Shown here: positions 1-8,710 of the stretch, one piece after another | How positions within the stretch are numbered: position 1 is the first letter of the stretch | Layout: each line of letters opens with the position of its first letter | DNA from: a virus | Taxonomy: Duplodnaviria; Caudoviricetes | DNA: 57,011 bases | Reading direction: 5' to 3' (one strand) | IMG/VR virus record: IMGVR_UViG_3300044984_002188 | Span: 1 to 57,011 of that record | Notes under the pieces: generated by a model | What the model was told of the DNA's origin: nothing | The model's input: the letters and a program-made list of their open reading frames with translations, nothing else | Databases searched by the model: none | Made by a program: the position numbers and the translations under genes

Positions 1-27
1 ATCAGGTTCCCTCCGAGGGAACCTGAT
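1..27. repeat. Perfect 12-bp inverted repeat (hairpin) at the window edge
   Basis: ATCAGGTTCCCT-ccg-AGGGAACCTGAT. Confidence 0.85.
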
Positions 28-149
28 AGTTGTTATAGGACGGGATGGACGGGACGGCACCCAGGACGGCTACCTGGTAACCTCTCAAATAACCTCAAAG
101 GGACGCGACCTACCTGGTAGCTCCTGGAGCTCTTTAAATTCTGTAATAA

Positions 150-360
150 TTTACAGCTTGCCATCTTGTGGTATAGTTGCTTGCATACCCCCAGATCTGG
201 TGTATAGTATCAGTCTGTTCATGCGACCCATAATCCCCGAGTCCTCTGTGAAATATCGTAATAATTCTAGGGCTCGGGGTTATGGGGCGTTACATATTAT
301 CGGAATGTCATTTCTGGTCAGTATTATCAGCCTTGCATTGGTTATAGGCTGTGCTATACT
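150..360 (+). promoter_or_regulatory. Three tandem sigma70-like promoters with 16-bp spacers
   Basis: TTTACA(150)-16-TATAGT(172); TTGCAT(181)-16-TATAGT(203); TTGCAT(333)-16-TATACT(355). Confidence 0.5.
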
Positions 361-862
361 GTTTATGTTGATGGCAGGTATTATTGACCCTTCCAGAATA
401 TTCGGACACGATTCGGCTGGACAAGATTCTCAAAAAATTTCAAATATTTCTGAAGGTTCTTCCATCTACTATCAGGGTTTCCTGGATGTCTACCGTATGC
501 GTAAGCGGGACGGGATCTAGACTCGGACAGGATCTGGACGGGATTTAGAGGATTGTATGTATATTGTCGTGTATGGAGGCCTGCTGGGAGGGCCTTTGTG
601 TATTTTGACAAAAAATTGCAAATATTTAAGAAAATTTGTACTATTTACTTGACTCGTAGAATCGATTCTAAGCCCTTGGAGGGTTTGGGAGGCGATTTGA
701 TGCCTTGAAGGTGCTCAAATGGCTCTAAGGGGGGTCGTAGAGCGATTAGAGGGGGTTTGGGTGGTGTTCACTAGCTCATACTCTCTCAAATTTTCTCTAA
801 TATTCTTCACCCACTTCAAAGTTTTCCATCCCCACATTCCCCCACAATACCCCACTCTCGTA

Positions 863-1063
863 TTACTCTCCTCCACCACCATCTCCTCCACCTTCACCAC
901 CACTCTCTCCCTCTGTATTATTGTTATTGTTATATCCATAAAGACTATAACCATAATAAGGGAATGTATATCTCTTTGCTTTCTTCTTGGTTTTCTTCTT
1001 TTTCTTTTTGGTCAGATCAAGATAAAAATTATAGTTTTCTAAAAATTCTTTAAATTTCTTCAT
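863..1063 (-). CDS. Small low-complexity protein (K-rich, Y-rich, G/E-rich blocks), putative internal head protein
   Basis: MKKFKEFLE N-terminus; start overlaps stop of the upstream methyltransferase (ATGA). Confidence 0.7.
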   Translation of the reverse strand: MKKFKEFLENYNFYLDLTKKKKKKTKKKAKRYTFPYYGYSLYGYNNNNNTEGESGGEGGGDGGGGE

Positions 1064-1608
1064 TGCTTTATTCCGTGTATGATTCCATGTTCTAATTTTG
1101 CATCAGGGAATACCTTCTTTACATCATTCAGGTATGCGTGTGTTGGTGCATTGTTTTGCCATGAATCTTTCTTTGTCTTCTTTCCTTGTCCTGTTTTATC
1201 GCCTTCGTAAATGCCAATAAAGATTCTACCACCCGGTTTGAGTGTTGAATGTGCTGTCTTCAGGGCTTCTTGTCGGTATTCCGGCTCTTTAATGACATTC
1301 AGCACATTAAAGAGTGATGCCGTATCTGCTCCCTGCTTGCCTACAGTATCCATGATGTTCTTATTGTGTTCTTCTGGGCGATTGAAGGGATCATAGACAT
1401 GAGCGTCTACTCCCAAATTTTTAAGAAATTCTACACCATTATCAAACTTACCCCCACCATGATCAATATGAATGGTTCCGTCTTGAAACCCACCTAATTT
1501 TTTATGAACAACAGAGTAGCCAGTTGGAAGTTTGGTTTTGTTGATGCTGGTTTCGGCTGATGAGAACTCCTGAGCATCTTCTAATAAAAATTCTTTAAAT
1601 TTCTTCAT
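1060..1608 (-). CDS. Class I SAM-dependent methyltransferase with capsid-targeting-like N-terminus
   Basis: IDHGGGK (motif I), VYDPF, LFNVLNVI, LKPGGRIFI; late promoter AATAAATA at 1616-1623. Confidence 0.8.
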   Translation of the reverse strand: MKKFKEFLLEDAQEFSSAETSINKTKLPTGYSVVHKKLGGFQDGTIHIDHGGGKFDNGVEFLKNLGVDAHVYDPFNRPEEHNKNIMDTVGKQGADTASLFNVLNVIKEPEYRQEALKTAHSTLKPGGRIFIGIYEGDKTGQGKKTKKDSWQNNAPTHAYLNDVKKVFPDAKLEHGIIHGIKQ

Positions 1609-1615
1609 GGTACAA

Positions 1616-1657
1616 TATTTATTGAATGCTTGACTTATTAGTACTATGTTCTATAAT
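1616..1657. promoter_or_regulatory. Divergent promoter pair: late (-) and sigma70-type (+)
   Basis: AATAAATA on - at 1616-1623; TTGACT(1630)-16-TATAAT(1652) on +. Confidence 0.7.
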
Positions 1658-1664
1658 TAATCCT

Positions 1665-2204
1665 ATGAGAAATGTTACTTTGCCTTATCACCTATATGTG
1701 AATGTTAAAAATTCATTTCTTGGAGAGAATATGCCTATTGGCTTTACTCCTGCTATCTGGCATGGTGTGTATTCTCGTCCGGGTCAGTTGATCTGCTGCC
1801 ATGTGATTCTTCAATCGGGTGCTCATTGGTCAGGTCTTCCTCTTGCTGCACTATCGACTACTGATGTATTTGATTCCGGTGAGAATATTAACATTCAACC
1901 TTGGGGTGGAATGGGAAATAATATTGAAACTTTTATGGCAACCTACTTGGAAGGGCTTTCCGTGAATGTCTTTCATGCCGGAAAAGAAGGTAGGCACACC
2001 GGAATTATCCTTGATTGGGAAGATGGGTATTCTCGTTACCCAGCCGAACATAAGCCCCTAAGTCTTATTGCTCTTGACTGTGGGTATTTTGCTCTCGTTC
2101 CCAATAATCATTTTACTTTAAAAGATAAGCATTTTGTGAATGATAAAAATTCAAATAATTTAAAATTTTATAAACGTGGTGAGACTGTGTATTGGGAGCG
2201 TTAA
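1665..2204 (+). CDS. Hypothetical protein
   Basis: Long ORF; ATG 7 nt after the -10 box (track start at 1626 lies upstream of the promoter). Confidence 0.75.
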   Translation: MRNVTLPYHLYVNVKNSFLGENMPIGFTPAIWHGVYSRPGQLICCHVILQSGAHWSGLPLAALSTTDVFDSGENINIQPWGGMGNNIETFMATYLEGLSVNVFHAGKEGRHTGIILDWEDGYSRYPAEHKPLSLIALDCGYFALVPNNHFTLKDKHFVNDKNSNNLKFYKRGETVYWER

Positions 2205-2605
2205 GTATTTCTCTTGGTAGGAGATACTTTCTTACCTGATGCCCCATGCATACCCACTCTTGACTTCTCTGCCTTCTTGCGTTGCAGTTCCTTTGATGAC
2301 ATCTCTGATGAGGTCTTTGGGGTCTTCTTGCTGACTCTTTTACTTGGTCTGCAATACTCATTCTTACCACCTGCACCACAATCTTTACCAGTCTTGGTAT
2401 CTTTCCAATCCTCTGCCTCCCAGCGTTTCAGATTGGCTCCCTCTTTCGACTTTTTAACATTCCCCTTGCCTTTGCGGCACTTCGCAGTTGCTTGTGCGGC
2501 TCGTGCAGACCATTTACCGTAAGAAGCCATAACCTTGCGATAGCATGCATCCTTCTCTTCATAGAGATCGGATGATTCTGCTAAAAATTCTTTAAATTTC
2601 TTCAT
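2201..2605 (-). CDS. Basic Cys-containing protein (DUF5872-like), putative internal head protein
   Basis: MKKFKEFLAE leader; KDACYRKV, LKRWEAEDW and CRPSKRVSKKTPKT motifs recalled from phage/NCLDV proteins. Confidence 0.7.
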   Translation of the reverse strand: MKKFKEFLAESSDLYEEKDACYRKVMASYGKWSARAAQATAKCRKGKGNVKKSKEGANLKRWEAEDWKDTKTGKDCGAGGKNEYCRPSKRVSKKTPKTSSEMSSKELQRKKAEKSRVGMHGASGKKVSPTKRNT

Positions 2606-2711
2606 TGTATAAGTTTTATTGAATTTTTTTAAATTTATGAGTTAATTCTCTCAAAATCATTATCATTTAGTTTAAATAAGTCTGAATATGTAGGGAATCT
2701 GTGAAAAATGA

Positions 2712-3170
2712 TCATTTTTTCCACAGACGAGTTCTTTTTATTAATTGCATGAATTCATTATATAATCTTTGTAAAGCATCTTTTTTATCGAGACCATAAA
2801 ATCCCCTCGCCAGTTCATTTGCTATTCTTCGTAATTTTTCTCTCATTGCAGCTATTTCTTCATCCGTAGCACATGGATTTCCGGGATCACAATTAAGATT
2901 TAGCTGTTGTAACATCCACTCTATAATATCAAATAATTCTTGGTCATATGGCTTCTCCGGTTGTCTTGGTTTTTCGTAGGAAGGTATTAATCTCGGATCA
3001 AACATTCTAGGATCAATACCACTCGGAGGAACAACAGACGGAGTAACTTGAGTTGGAGTAACTTGAGTTGGTGTAGGAACAGCTGCTTCACTCAACATTT
3101 TTTTAATATTGTTAATTTGCTCTTGAAGTTGCTCACACTTGTGTTTGTAAAGATTTGTTAAATGATCCAT
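2712..3170 (-). CDS. Pro-rich late hypothetical protein
   Basis: TATAAATA at 3176-3183 is 5 nt before ATG 3170; contains a 15-nt tandem repeat (TPTQV) at 3040-3071. Confidence 0.7.
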   Translation of the reverse strand: MDHLTNLYKHKCEQLQEQINNIKKMLSEAAVPTPTQVTPTQVTPSVVPPSGIDPRMFDPRLIPSYEKPRQPEKPYDQELFDIIEWMLQQLNLNCDPGNPCATDEEIAAMREKLRRIANELARGFYGLDKKDALQRLYNEFMQLIKRTRLWKK

Positions 3171-3204
3171 GGAGTTATTTATATTTTTTATGGTGAGTTT
3201 TTTA

Positions 3205-3702
3205 TTATACAATTGTAGGAGGATGAGTAAAATATCGATAGAATTTCTTTATAATTTCTTGAAACGCTTTCTTAATTGGGGTTTGACCATAATTTCCATT
3301 GCCGAGGTTTCTTTCACGGCGTAAACGAAGATATTCCCGACGCAAATATTCCAACATTTGTTGAAATTCTGAATCCATAAGTTCTTTGTGTTTTATTCCG
3401 TGTTGTTGTTCCCACAAACCCTTCCAAATTTTATAAAACTCATCTATATTAAAAGTTTCGGTCCATTCTTCTTCTGGAGTTTTTCTTTCTTCAAAAAAAT
3501 CAGGTTTATCTTTTACAGAAGTTTTTTGTTTTCCTTGTAGTTTAGTTGGTACAACAGGTTTTGGTGGTTCATTTACACCATTCATTGAAGCATCATCTAC
3601 CTTTGAAGAATCTATTCTAATATCTTGAAAGGTGTCATTTGTATTTTCAAATAATTTTGAAAATATTATTTTATTAATGCTTTTTTGATTCAATTTCTTC
3701 AT
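3205..3702 (-). CDS. Late hypothetical protein
   Basis: 165-aa ORF; CATAAATA at 3710-3717. Confidence 0.7.
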   Translation of the reverse strand: MKKLNQKSINKIIFSKLFENTNDTFQDIRIDSSKVDDASMNGVNEPPKPVVPTKLQGKQKTSVKDKPDFFEERKTPEEEWTETFNIDEFYKIWKGLWEQQHGIKHKELMDSEFQQMLEYLRREYLRLRRERNLGNGNYGQTPIKKAFQEIIKKFYRYFTHPPTIV

Positions 3703-3709
3703 AGTATAA

Positions 3710-3751
3710 TATTTATGAATTATTTGACAAATCGTGTCTATATATTATACT
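3710..3751. promoter_or_regulatory. Divergent promoter pair: late (-) and sigma70-type (+)
   Basis: CATAAATA on -; TTGACA(3724)-16-TATACT(3746) on +. Confidence 0.7.
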
Positions 3752-3761
3752 TATTTCTTCT

Positions 3762-4184
3762 ATGTCGCATGAGTGTCAATATCCCTTTGTTTGCGAAAAG
3801 ACTGCCTATAACAGAGGTTGCAGATGTCCAGTCTGCATGAAAACTAGATCAAATAAACATTTAAAATATTACCATAAAAATGGTGGCAAAGAACACGAAG
3901 CAGAATATAAGAAAAAAAATAAAAAGCGTGATAGACCTCTTGCCAATGCTAGATATGCAAAAAGACGAGCCTTGAAGAAAGATGCATCAGTAAATCTTAC
4001 ACCTGATGAAAAATTACTAATTCAAGAAATTTATATAAAATGTAAATTAATTAGTGAATCTACAGGTATAGAACATCATGTAGATCATATCATTCCAATA
4101 TCTAAAGGTGGATTACATCATCCATCAAATCTTCAAATTTTAACAGCATTTGAAAATTTGAGTAAAGGTGCTAAAATTCTTTAA
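3762..4184 (+). CDS. HNH endonuclease (free-standing, homing type)
   Basis: HHVDHIIPISKGGLHHPSNLQILTAFENLSKG; N-terminal YNRGCRCPVC Cys cluster. Confidence 0.9.
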   Translation: MSHECQYPFVCEKTAYNRGCRCPVCMKTRSNKHLKYYHKNGGKEHEAEYKKKNKKRDRPLANARYAKRRALKKDASVNLTPDEKLLIQEIYIKCKLISESTGIEHHVDHIIPISKGGLHHPSNLQILTAFENLSKGAKIL

Positions 4185-4227
4185 GACTATATCTTGTACT
4201 TTTATTCTTATAGTGTATACTAACTTT

Positions 4228-4662
4228 ATGATTTCTAGACTCTATTCGGCTGGTCAAATCTTTCATGATTCTGTATATGAGGGTTCCATGTATGTGGAAG
4301 TTTCATATACAAATAGATTAACCTTTGACTCTGCATATACCATGATGGAACCTTGGGCTGAAGCCATTGAGCCTTCTACTGTTGCCATTACAAGTTTTTC
4401 ATCAAATTTGTTCATGGGAACGGCTGATGGTCTATGGATCTATAAAATATACAATGGTGGAGTATTGGTCAAGACCATTCAGATGGTTGATCAGCAGTTT
4501 GCCATTCCAATAATGTATGATCGAGTCGAGAGCATTTCAATGGGTTCGTTACAAATGACACCTTCAAGTGATGTTGCCCCTACTCCCGTTCCTTCTCCGG
4601 GCATGGGGTTGATGCTAGGAATGGCTGCATTTATTTCATTAAAACGTAAACGAGTTGTTTGA
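4228..4662 (+). CDS. Protein with PEP-CTERM-like C-terminal sorting signal
   Basis: C-terminus VPSPG-MGLMLGMAAFISL-KRKR; ATG 6 nt after TTGTAC-16-TATACT; alternative GTG start at 4168. Confidence 0.7.
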   Translation: MISRLYSAGQIFHDSVYEGSMYVEVSYTNRLTFDSAYTMMEPWAEAIEPSTVAITSFSSNLFMGTADGLWIYKIYNGGVLVKTIQMVDQQFAIPIMYDRVESISMGSLQMTPSSDVAPTPVPSPGMGLMLGMAAFISLKRKRVV

Positions 4663-4692
4663 CAACCACTCTACATAAGGTATCATATTGAT

Positions 4693-4929
4693 ATGAACAC
4701 AACACTCAAGACATCAAAGATTGGGAGTAACCATGCCACCTTCAGCGGCAATGAATATATGTTCATTGAATGGATGTATAAAGTGAAGCCTGAGTTTGAA
4801 TACAACTACATTAGACTTGACGATGCGTTTACCATTCTTTTTGATGGTAACAAGAAGTTTGCTAATGACATTCTTAAGTTTATTCGTAATGACGGACACT
4901 ATACGCTTATAAACAAGAATTGGAAATAA
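4693..4929 (+). CDS. Hypothetical protein
   Basis: ATG 6 nt after TTGACA(4659)-16-TATCAT(4681). Confidence 0.7.
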   Translation: MNTTLKTSKIGSNHATFSGNEYMFIEWMYKVKPEFEYNYIRLDDAFTILFDGNKKFANDILKFIRNDGHYTLINKNWK

Positions 4930-4936
4930 CATCAAC

Positions 4937-5167
4937 ATGAGCAAAGAAATTGATATACTAAAAGCAGAGAATGACCTTCTTCACGAAAAAATTGAAGTTA
5001 TGCGAACCGTTCTATATGAATGGAATGCAACATCACACCCCGTATGGGAATATCGAAAGTTAAAACAAATTGGTGAGACTGAAAGTGATTACGAAGATTT
5101 AGTCGAAGATGATGACGGTGGATGGTCTGCCGGACCGGATGATGACGATTTTGAAAACGAAAACTAA
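4937..5167 (+). CDS. Hypothetical protein with acidic C-terminus
   Basis: Tightly packed ORF in the + strand run. Confidence 0.65.
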   Translation: MSKEIDILKAENDLLHEKIEVMRTVLYEWNATSHPVWEYRKLKQIGETESDYEDLVEDDDGGWSAGPDDDDFENEN

Positions 5168-5178
5168 ACTTTAATAAA

Positions 5179-5442
5179 ATGTTTCAAAAGCCACATCCAT
5201 TTACAAATAAAAGTTTTATTTCTGAGTGTGTTGAATCTCCAACGGGTGAACGAAGTATACGAGTTTACCATAAAAAACTGAGTATCTACGTACCAAAGAA
5301 AGCACATATTCATGATCCTGTTGTAATTTTTAAATTAGCAGCATGGATGGTAAAAGCATCTGAATGGGTTTCAGAACAAAAACTATATGTTCCAACTAAA
5401 AAATGTTTAAACTCTCACAAGGGAAAAACAAAAGTAAAATGA
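5179..5442 (+). CDS. Hypothetical protein
   Basis: Stop overlaps the next ATG (ATGA). Confidence 0.65.
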   Translation: MFQKPHPFTNKSFISECVESPTGERSIRVYHKKLSIYVPKKAHIHDPVVIFKLAAWMVKASEWVSEQKLYVPTKKCLNSHKGKTKVK

Positions 5443-5702
5443 TTACTAAAACACTTAAAAAAGTTAAAGCCAAGAAGTATTACTACTCATTCGTCTACAA
5501 TCGTGGAAATTATTTTCAAATTTCTCGAGGACTAGAGAATCGTTACCCGAAGCAATTTATGGGTTCGGGTATGATGATGGGTAAGAATAGTTTTGATCTT
5601 GGCTTTGAATGTACTGCTCTTGAGTACAAGAAGATTGTTGCGTGTGCTCGTCGTCGTTATGGAAGAATTCAAAAAATTACAAGGAATCAAATTGACTACT
5701 AA
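5439..5702 (+). CDS. Basic hypothetical protein
   Basis: ATGA coupling to the upstream ORF. Confidence 0.65.
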   Translation: MITKTLKKVKAKKYYYSFVYNRGNYFQISRGLENRYPKQFMGSGMMMGKNSFDLGFECTALEYKKIVACARRRYGRIQKITRNQIDY

Positions 5703-5877
5703 AAAGAAAATTACCAAGCCTGCTCCTAGACGTTATACTCCATTCTTACCACCACAACGAGTAATGCATTTTCTTATTGATTTAAGCATTCTTGCTTTAC
5801 TTGTTTCGTGTGCTAGTTCTCTTGTTGTATTGACTGTGCAACTCTGTCAGAAGATTACCATTACTGTTGGAAAGTAA
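5692..5877 (+). CDS. Small membrane protein
   Basis: Probable TTG start; basic N-terminus then hydrophobic stretch FLIDLSILALLVSCASSLVVLTV. Confidence 0.55.
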   Translation: MTTKKKITKPAPRRYTPFLPPQRVMHFLIDLSILALLVSCASSLVVLTVQLCQKITITVGK

Positions 5878-5878
5878 T

Positions 5879-6421
5879 ATGACCACGTACTTCATTGGTT
5901 GCCCACACTTTGGACACGAAGCAATGTATCGCTTCGTTCGTGCCAATGGTGAAAAGGTTCGTCCATATGCATCAGCCGCAGAAGGTGATGCCGTTATAAT
6001 GGAGAATTGGAATAAGACTGTTTCCAAAGGTGACAAGGTGTATGTCATGGGAGATGTAGCATTCACACCCAAGGATCTCAAGATTCTTGAATCACTCAAT
6101 GGTTCCAAGATTCTTATCAAGGGTAACCATGACACTCTCGAACTTTCAAAATATGCCAAGTACTTTCGTGATGTTCGTGCTTATCACAAACTCGATAATG
6201 AAATTCTTTCGCATATTCCAATTCACCCCGTATCTCTGTGGAGAGCCAAGCGGAATGCATCTTGGCTAAATATTCATGCCCATCTTCATGCCGAAGAAGT
6301 GATGCTTGCAGAAGGAGTGACAGATCTGAGATATTTCTCTTGCTGTGTGGAGAGAATAGGGTATACTCCTATAAGTATTGATGAGATACGAAATCGTGTT
6401 GCTAAACTTCACTTAACCTAA
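5879..6421 (+). CDS. Calcineurin-like metallophosphoesterase
   Basis: CPHFGH, VMGDV, KGNHD, LSHIP, NIHAHLH motifs. Confidence 0.9.
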   Translation: MTTYFIGCPHFGHEAMYRFVRANGEKVRPYASAAEGDAVIMENWNKTVSKGDKVYVMGDVAFTPKDLKILESLNGSKILIKGNHDTLELSKYAKYFRDVRAYHKLDNEILSHIPIHPVSLWRAKRNASWLNIHAHLHAEEVMLAEGVTDLRYFSCCVERIGYTPISIDEIRNRVAKLHLT

Positions 6422-6432
6422 AAGGAAACCAT

Positions 6433-6546
6433 ATGAAAATTACACTCGAAACCGCCATTATCAAGTCCGCAATCTTTATCGCAAAGGTAGTTGTGTTCTG
6501 CGTTATCTTTAATAGCCTGTGCTTCTTCCGTAAAATCGGATTCTAA
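6433..6546 (+). CDS. 37-aa hydrophobic peptide (not in ORF track)
   Basis: AAGGA SD-like site upstream; MKITLETAIIKSAIFIAKVVVFCVIFNSLCFFRKIGF fills the intergenic gap. Confidence 0.55.
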   Translation: MKITLETAIIKSAIFIAKVVVFCVIFNSLCFFRKIGF

Positions 6547-6556
6547 AGCAAACACT

Positions 6557-6766
6557 ATGAATGACGATATGCTTGAACTCAGTATGTGGCGTGATGGAAA
6601 CATTATGCACGAAAACTGCATAGAAGACATGAAGAAACTTAAAGAAGAACGCGATGAAGCACGGCGTGAGGTGTGTGAATTGGCTTCACGACCATACATT
6701 AAACACGCATACGAATATGCACACGAACGCGGCTGGGATTGTTTCCAGGAGAATAATAATGGCTAA
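6557..6766 (+). CDS. Hypothetical protein (ERDEARREVC...GWDCF type)
   Basis: ATG at 6557; motif recalled from freshwater phage proteins. Confidence 0.65.
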   Translation: MNDDMLELSMWRDGNIMHENCIEDMKKLKEERDEARREVCELASRPYIKHAYEYAHERGWDCFQENNNG

Positions 6767-6995
6767 CACATTTGTAGGCGACAATGATCACGGTGATAAA
6801 GTTTTACCTTTATCAGATCTGCTGTGGGAAGAGGTTACAAAACTTCGCCAAGAGGTTGTTAGACTTAATAATGTAATCAACGAATTAAAATCGCTAGATG
6901 AACGCAACGAATCTGTAAAAAATAGTTATCAAAAGATTCTTGACAAACACCACGATATTTTTCAGAAATTAGCACAGGATAACACCAATGTCTGA
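6759..6995 (+). CDS. Coiled-coil hypothetical protein
   Basis: AGGAG upstream of ATG 6759 (MANTFVG...). Confidence 0.65.
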   Translation: MANTFVGDNDHGDKVLPLSDLLWEEVTKLRQEVVRLNNVINELKSLDERNESVKNSYQKILDKHHDIFQKLAQDNTNV

Positions 6996-7221
6996 TGAAA
7001 CCACTGTAAGACACGGAATGACTGACGAACGTTGGGAGTATCTCATGCAGCCATTTGAAGGCGATGAAAATGTCATGCTTACTGCAAAAGAAGTTGACAA
7101 TGGGTGGCATTGGTGTTATAGTTGGGATAGTCTTCTCATTCATGTAGAAGATGTTGAGTTTGAACATTGTAAGTGTGATTTTATGAAAAGGTTTCGTAAG
7201 GAAAAGACAAATGAGAATTAA
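6988..7221 (+). CDS. Hypothetical protein
   Basis: Overlap-packed ORF; GWHWC...HCKC possible metal site. Confidence 0.65.
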   Translation: MSDETTVRHGMTDERWEYLMQPFEGDENVMLTAKEVDNGWHWCYSWDSLLIHVEDVEFEHCKCDFMKRFRKEKTNEN

Positions 7222-7525
7222 ACCACCTACACTCGGAGAAAAGATTGCAATGACAATGACAAACGATAATGCGCCTATTGCTGATGCATCCACTCTTGTG
7301 GCTCGGTTGGAGGAACACTCTGACTTTGCTCACAAGGTAGTTCGTGATCTTCTACGAGAAGCATCAGAACGAATTCAGTTTCTCACAAAGGAACGGGATT
7401 ACTTTGAGATGAAGATGATTTTCTATGCCAAGGATGTAGAGAAAGAAGAAAGAAATCAGTTGTACATAGCCAAAGAGGCTAAACACATGGAACTACATGG
7501 AACAGAATGTCTACCAAAAGAATAA
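7211..7525 (+). CDS. Hypothetical protein
   Basis: Overlap-packed ORF ending the + strand run. Confidence 0.65.
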   Translation: MRIKPPTLGEKIAMTMTNDNAPIADASTLVARLEEHSDFAHKVVRDLLREASERIQFLTKERDYFEMKMIFYAKDVEKEERNQLYIAKEAKHMELHGTECLPKE

Positions 7526-7537
7526 GTTTTATTAAAC

Positions 7538-8125
7538 TTACATAGTTGGAAAAAATGGACTATTTGGACTTGGTGGTCCATAATTGAATGTACCTGGAGT
7601 ACCTTCAGGAGTGTTTTTTCTCATAGGTGGATTTTCTTGTTCATCTATTTCCCATTCAAACCATTCTGGTGATGCATATGGGTATGGATTATCGGCATGC
7701 CAATTTTTAAGAATCCACTCGCGTCTATCACGAAGATAATTAGGACTACCAACTGGATGTTTAGACTTAAAGGTTGGAAATGGACCTGGACCACTAAATG
7801 GTCGAGGTACATTTGGATCTAAATTTTGATTTGGGTGGGGCTCATTAAAATTACGCATACGACCATCTTGAGTTAGTTCATATCGCTCCTGGTCCGTCAT
7901 TTGTTCTGGAACACCTTGCGTAGGCAGTGGTCTATCAGATTCACTCAACATTTTTTTTAAATATTGAACTTGCTCTTGTAAATTTTGAGCTAAAGTTTGA
8001 TAATATTTGGTAGTAGGATTACGATCAATAATTTCTTGCTGCTTATTAATTTCAGCAGCTTTTAAAATTTTTGCGTTATCGTAAATATTATTTGATAGAT
8101 TTAAATGGTCTTTAAAGAAATTCAT
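7538..8125 (-). CDS. Pro/Trp-rich late hypothetical protein
   Basis: TATAAATA at 8131-8138, 5 nt before ATG; shares LQEQ...KKMLSE with 2712..3170. Confidence 0.75.
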   Translation of the reverse strand: MNFFKDHLNLSNNIYDNAKILKAAEINKQQEIIDRNPTTKYYQTLAQNLQEQVQYLKKMLSESDRPLPTQGVPEQMTDQERYELTQDGRMRNFNEPHPNQNLDPNVPRPFSGPGPFPTFKSKHPVGSPNYLRDRREWILKNWHADNPYPYASPEWFEWEIDEQENPPMRKNTPEGTPGTFNYGPPSPNSPFFPTM

Positions 8126-8130
8126 ATAAC

Positions 8131-8177
8131 TATTTATATTAGATTATATTTGACATTAGAGTATTTTGAGATATACT
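8131..8177. promoter_or_regulatory. Divergent promoter pair: late (-) and sigma70-type (+)
   Basis: TATAAATA on -; TTGACA(8150)-16-TATACT(8172) on +. Confidence 0.75.
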
Positions 8178-8183
8178 AAACAT

Positions 8184-8348
8184 ATGAAAAATCTCTTCAA
8201 TAAATTGACTATACCACTCATTGTTCTTGGTATTGTCAATATAATTGGTTTTATTTACCATACTAACTATACAGGTGCGGTAGTTGGTAGTTTTGTTGGA
8301 TTAATTGTTGCATTTCTTTCAATTGAAATTCGTGCAAAGTTTGAATAA
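8184..8348 (+). CDS. Small two-TM membrane protein
   Basis: Two hydrophobic segments; ATG 6 nt after the -10 box. Confidence 0.7.
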   Translation: MKNLFNKLTIPLIVLGIVNIIGFIYHTNYTGAVVGSFVGLIVAFLSIEIRAKFE

Positions 8349-8353
8349 AAATT

Positions 8354-8428
8354 GGTCCTATCGTCTAGCCTGGTTTAGGACCTGAGACTTTCAATCTCAG
8401 TACATGGGTTCAAATCCCATTAGGATCA
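8354..8428 (+). tRNA. tRNA-Glu (TTC)
   Basis: Acceptor GGTCCTA/TAGGATC; anticodon arm TGAGA-ct TTC aa-TCTCA; GGTTCAAATCC T-arm; no encoded CCA. Confidence 0.9.
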
Positions 8429-8430
8429 CT

Positions 8431-8619
8431 ATGAATGATATAGAATTAAGATTAAGAAACATGTCGGAAAAATGGCACACAGTAAACCGAGAGGTTTCTG
8501 ATCTGTGTCGTGATGCTGCGGAAGAAATTAGAGTAATGAAATTAAAAGGAACATATGCCGATGATCTTATCCATGCGTATAAGCGTGGAACAGGTTGGGG
8601 CATAGGTAGTGATGAATAA
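8431..8619 (+). CDS. Hypothetical protein between two tRNAs
   Basis: ATG 2 nt after tRNA-Glu; DIELRLR...DAAEEI motif common in small phage ORFs. Confidence 0.65.
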   Translation: MNDIELRLRNMSEKWHTVNREVSDLCRDAAEEIRVMKLKGTYADDLIHAYKRGTGWGIGSDE

Positions 8620-8624
8620 TATTT

Positions 8625-8697
8625 TGAGGGTTAGTTCAGTTGGTAGAACGTGGGACTTTGGTTCCCAATGTCGGGAGTTCGAATCTCTCACCCTCAG
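8625..8697 (+). tRNA. tRNA-Gln (TTG)
   Basis: Acceptor TGAGGGT/ACCCTCA; anticodon arm TGGGA-ct TTG gt-TCCCA; GTTCGAATC; no encoded CCA. Confidence 0.9.
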
Positions 8698-8710
8698 TTA
8701 AGGAAATAAT

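Noticed and set aside
158-1042. Track ORFs 158..520, 381..611, 715..954 and 719..1042
   Set aside because: No recognisable motifs; they overlap promoter-like or low-complexity sequence or lie antisense to 863..1063
8625-8697. Reading the anticodon as TGG (Pro), and ORFs overlapping this tRNA
   Set aside because: The 5-bp stem TGGGA/TCCCA centres TTG in the 7-nt loop, so it is Gln; the overlapping ORFs are shadows
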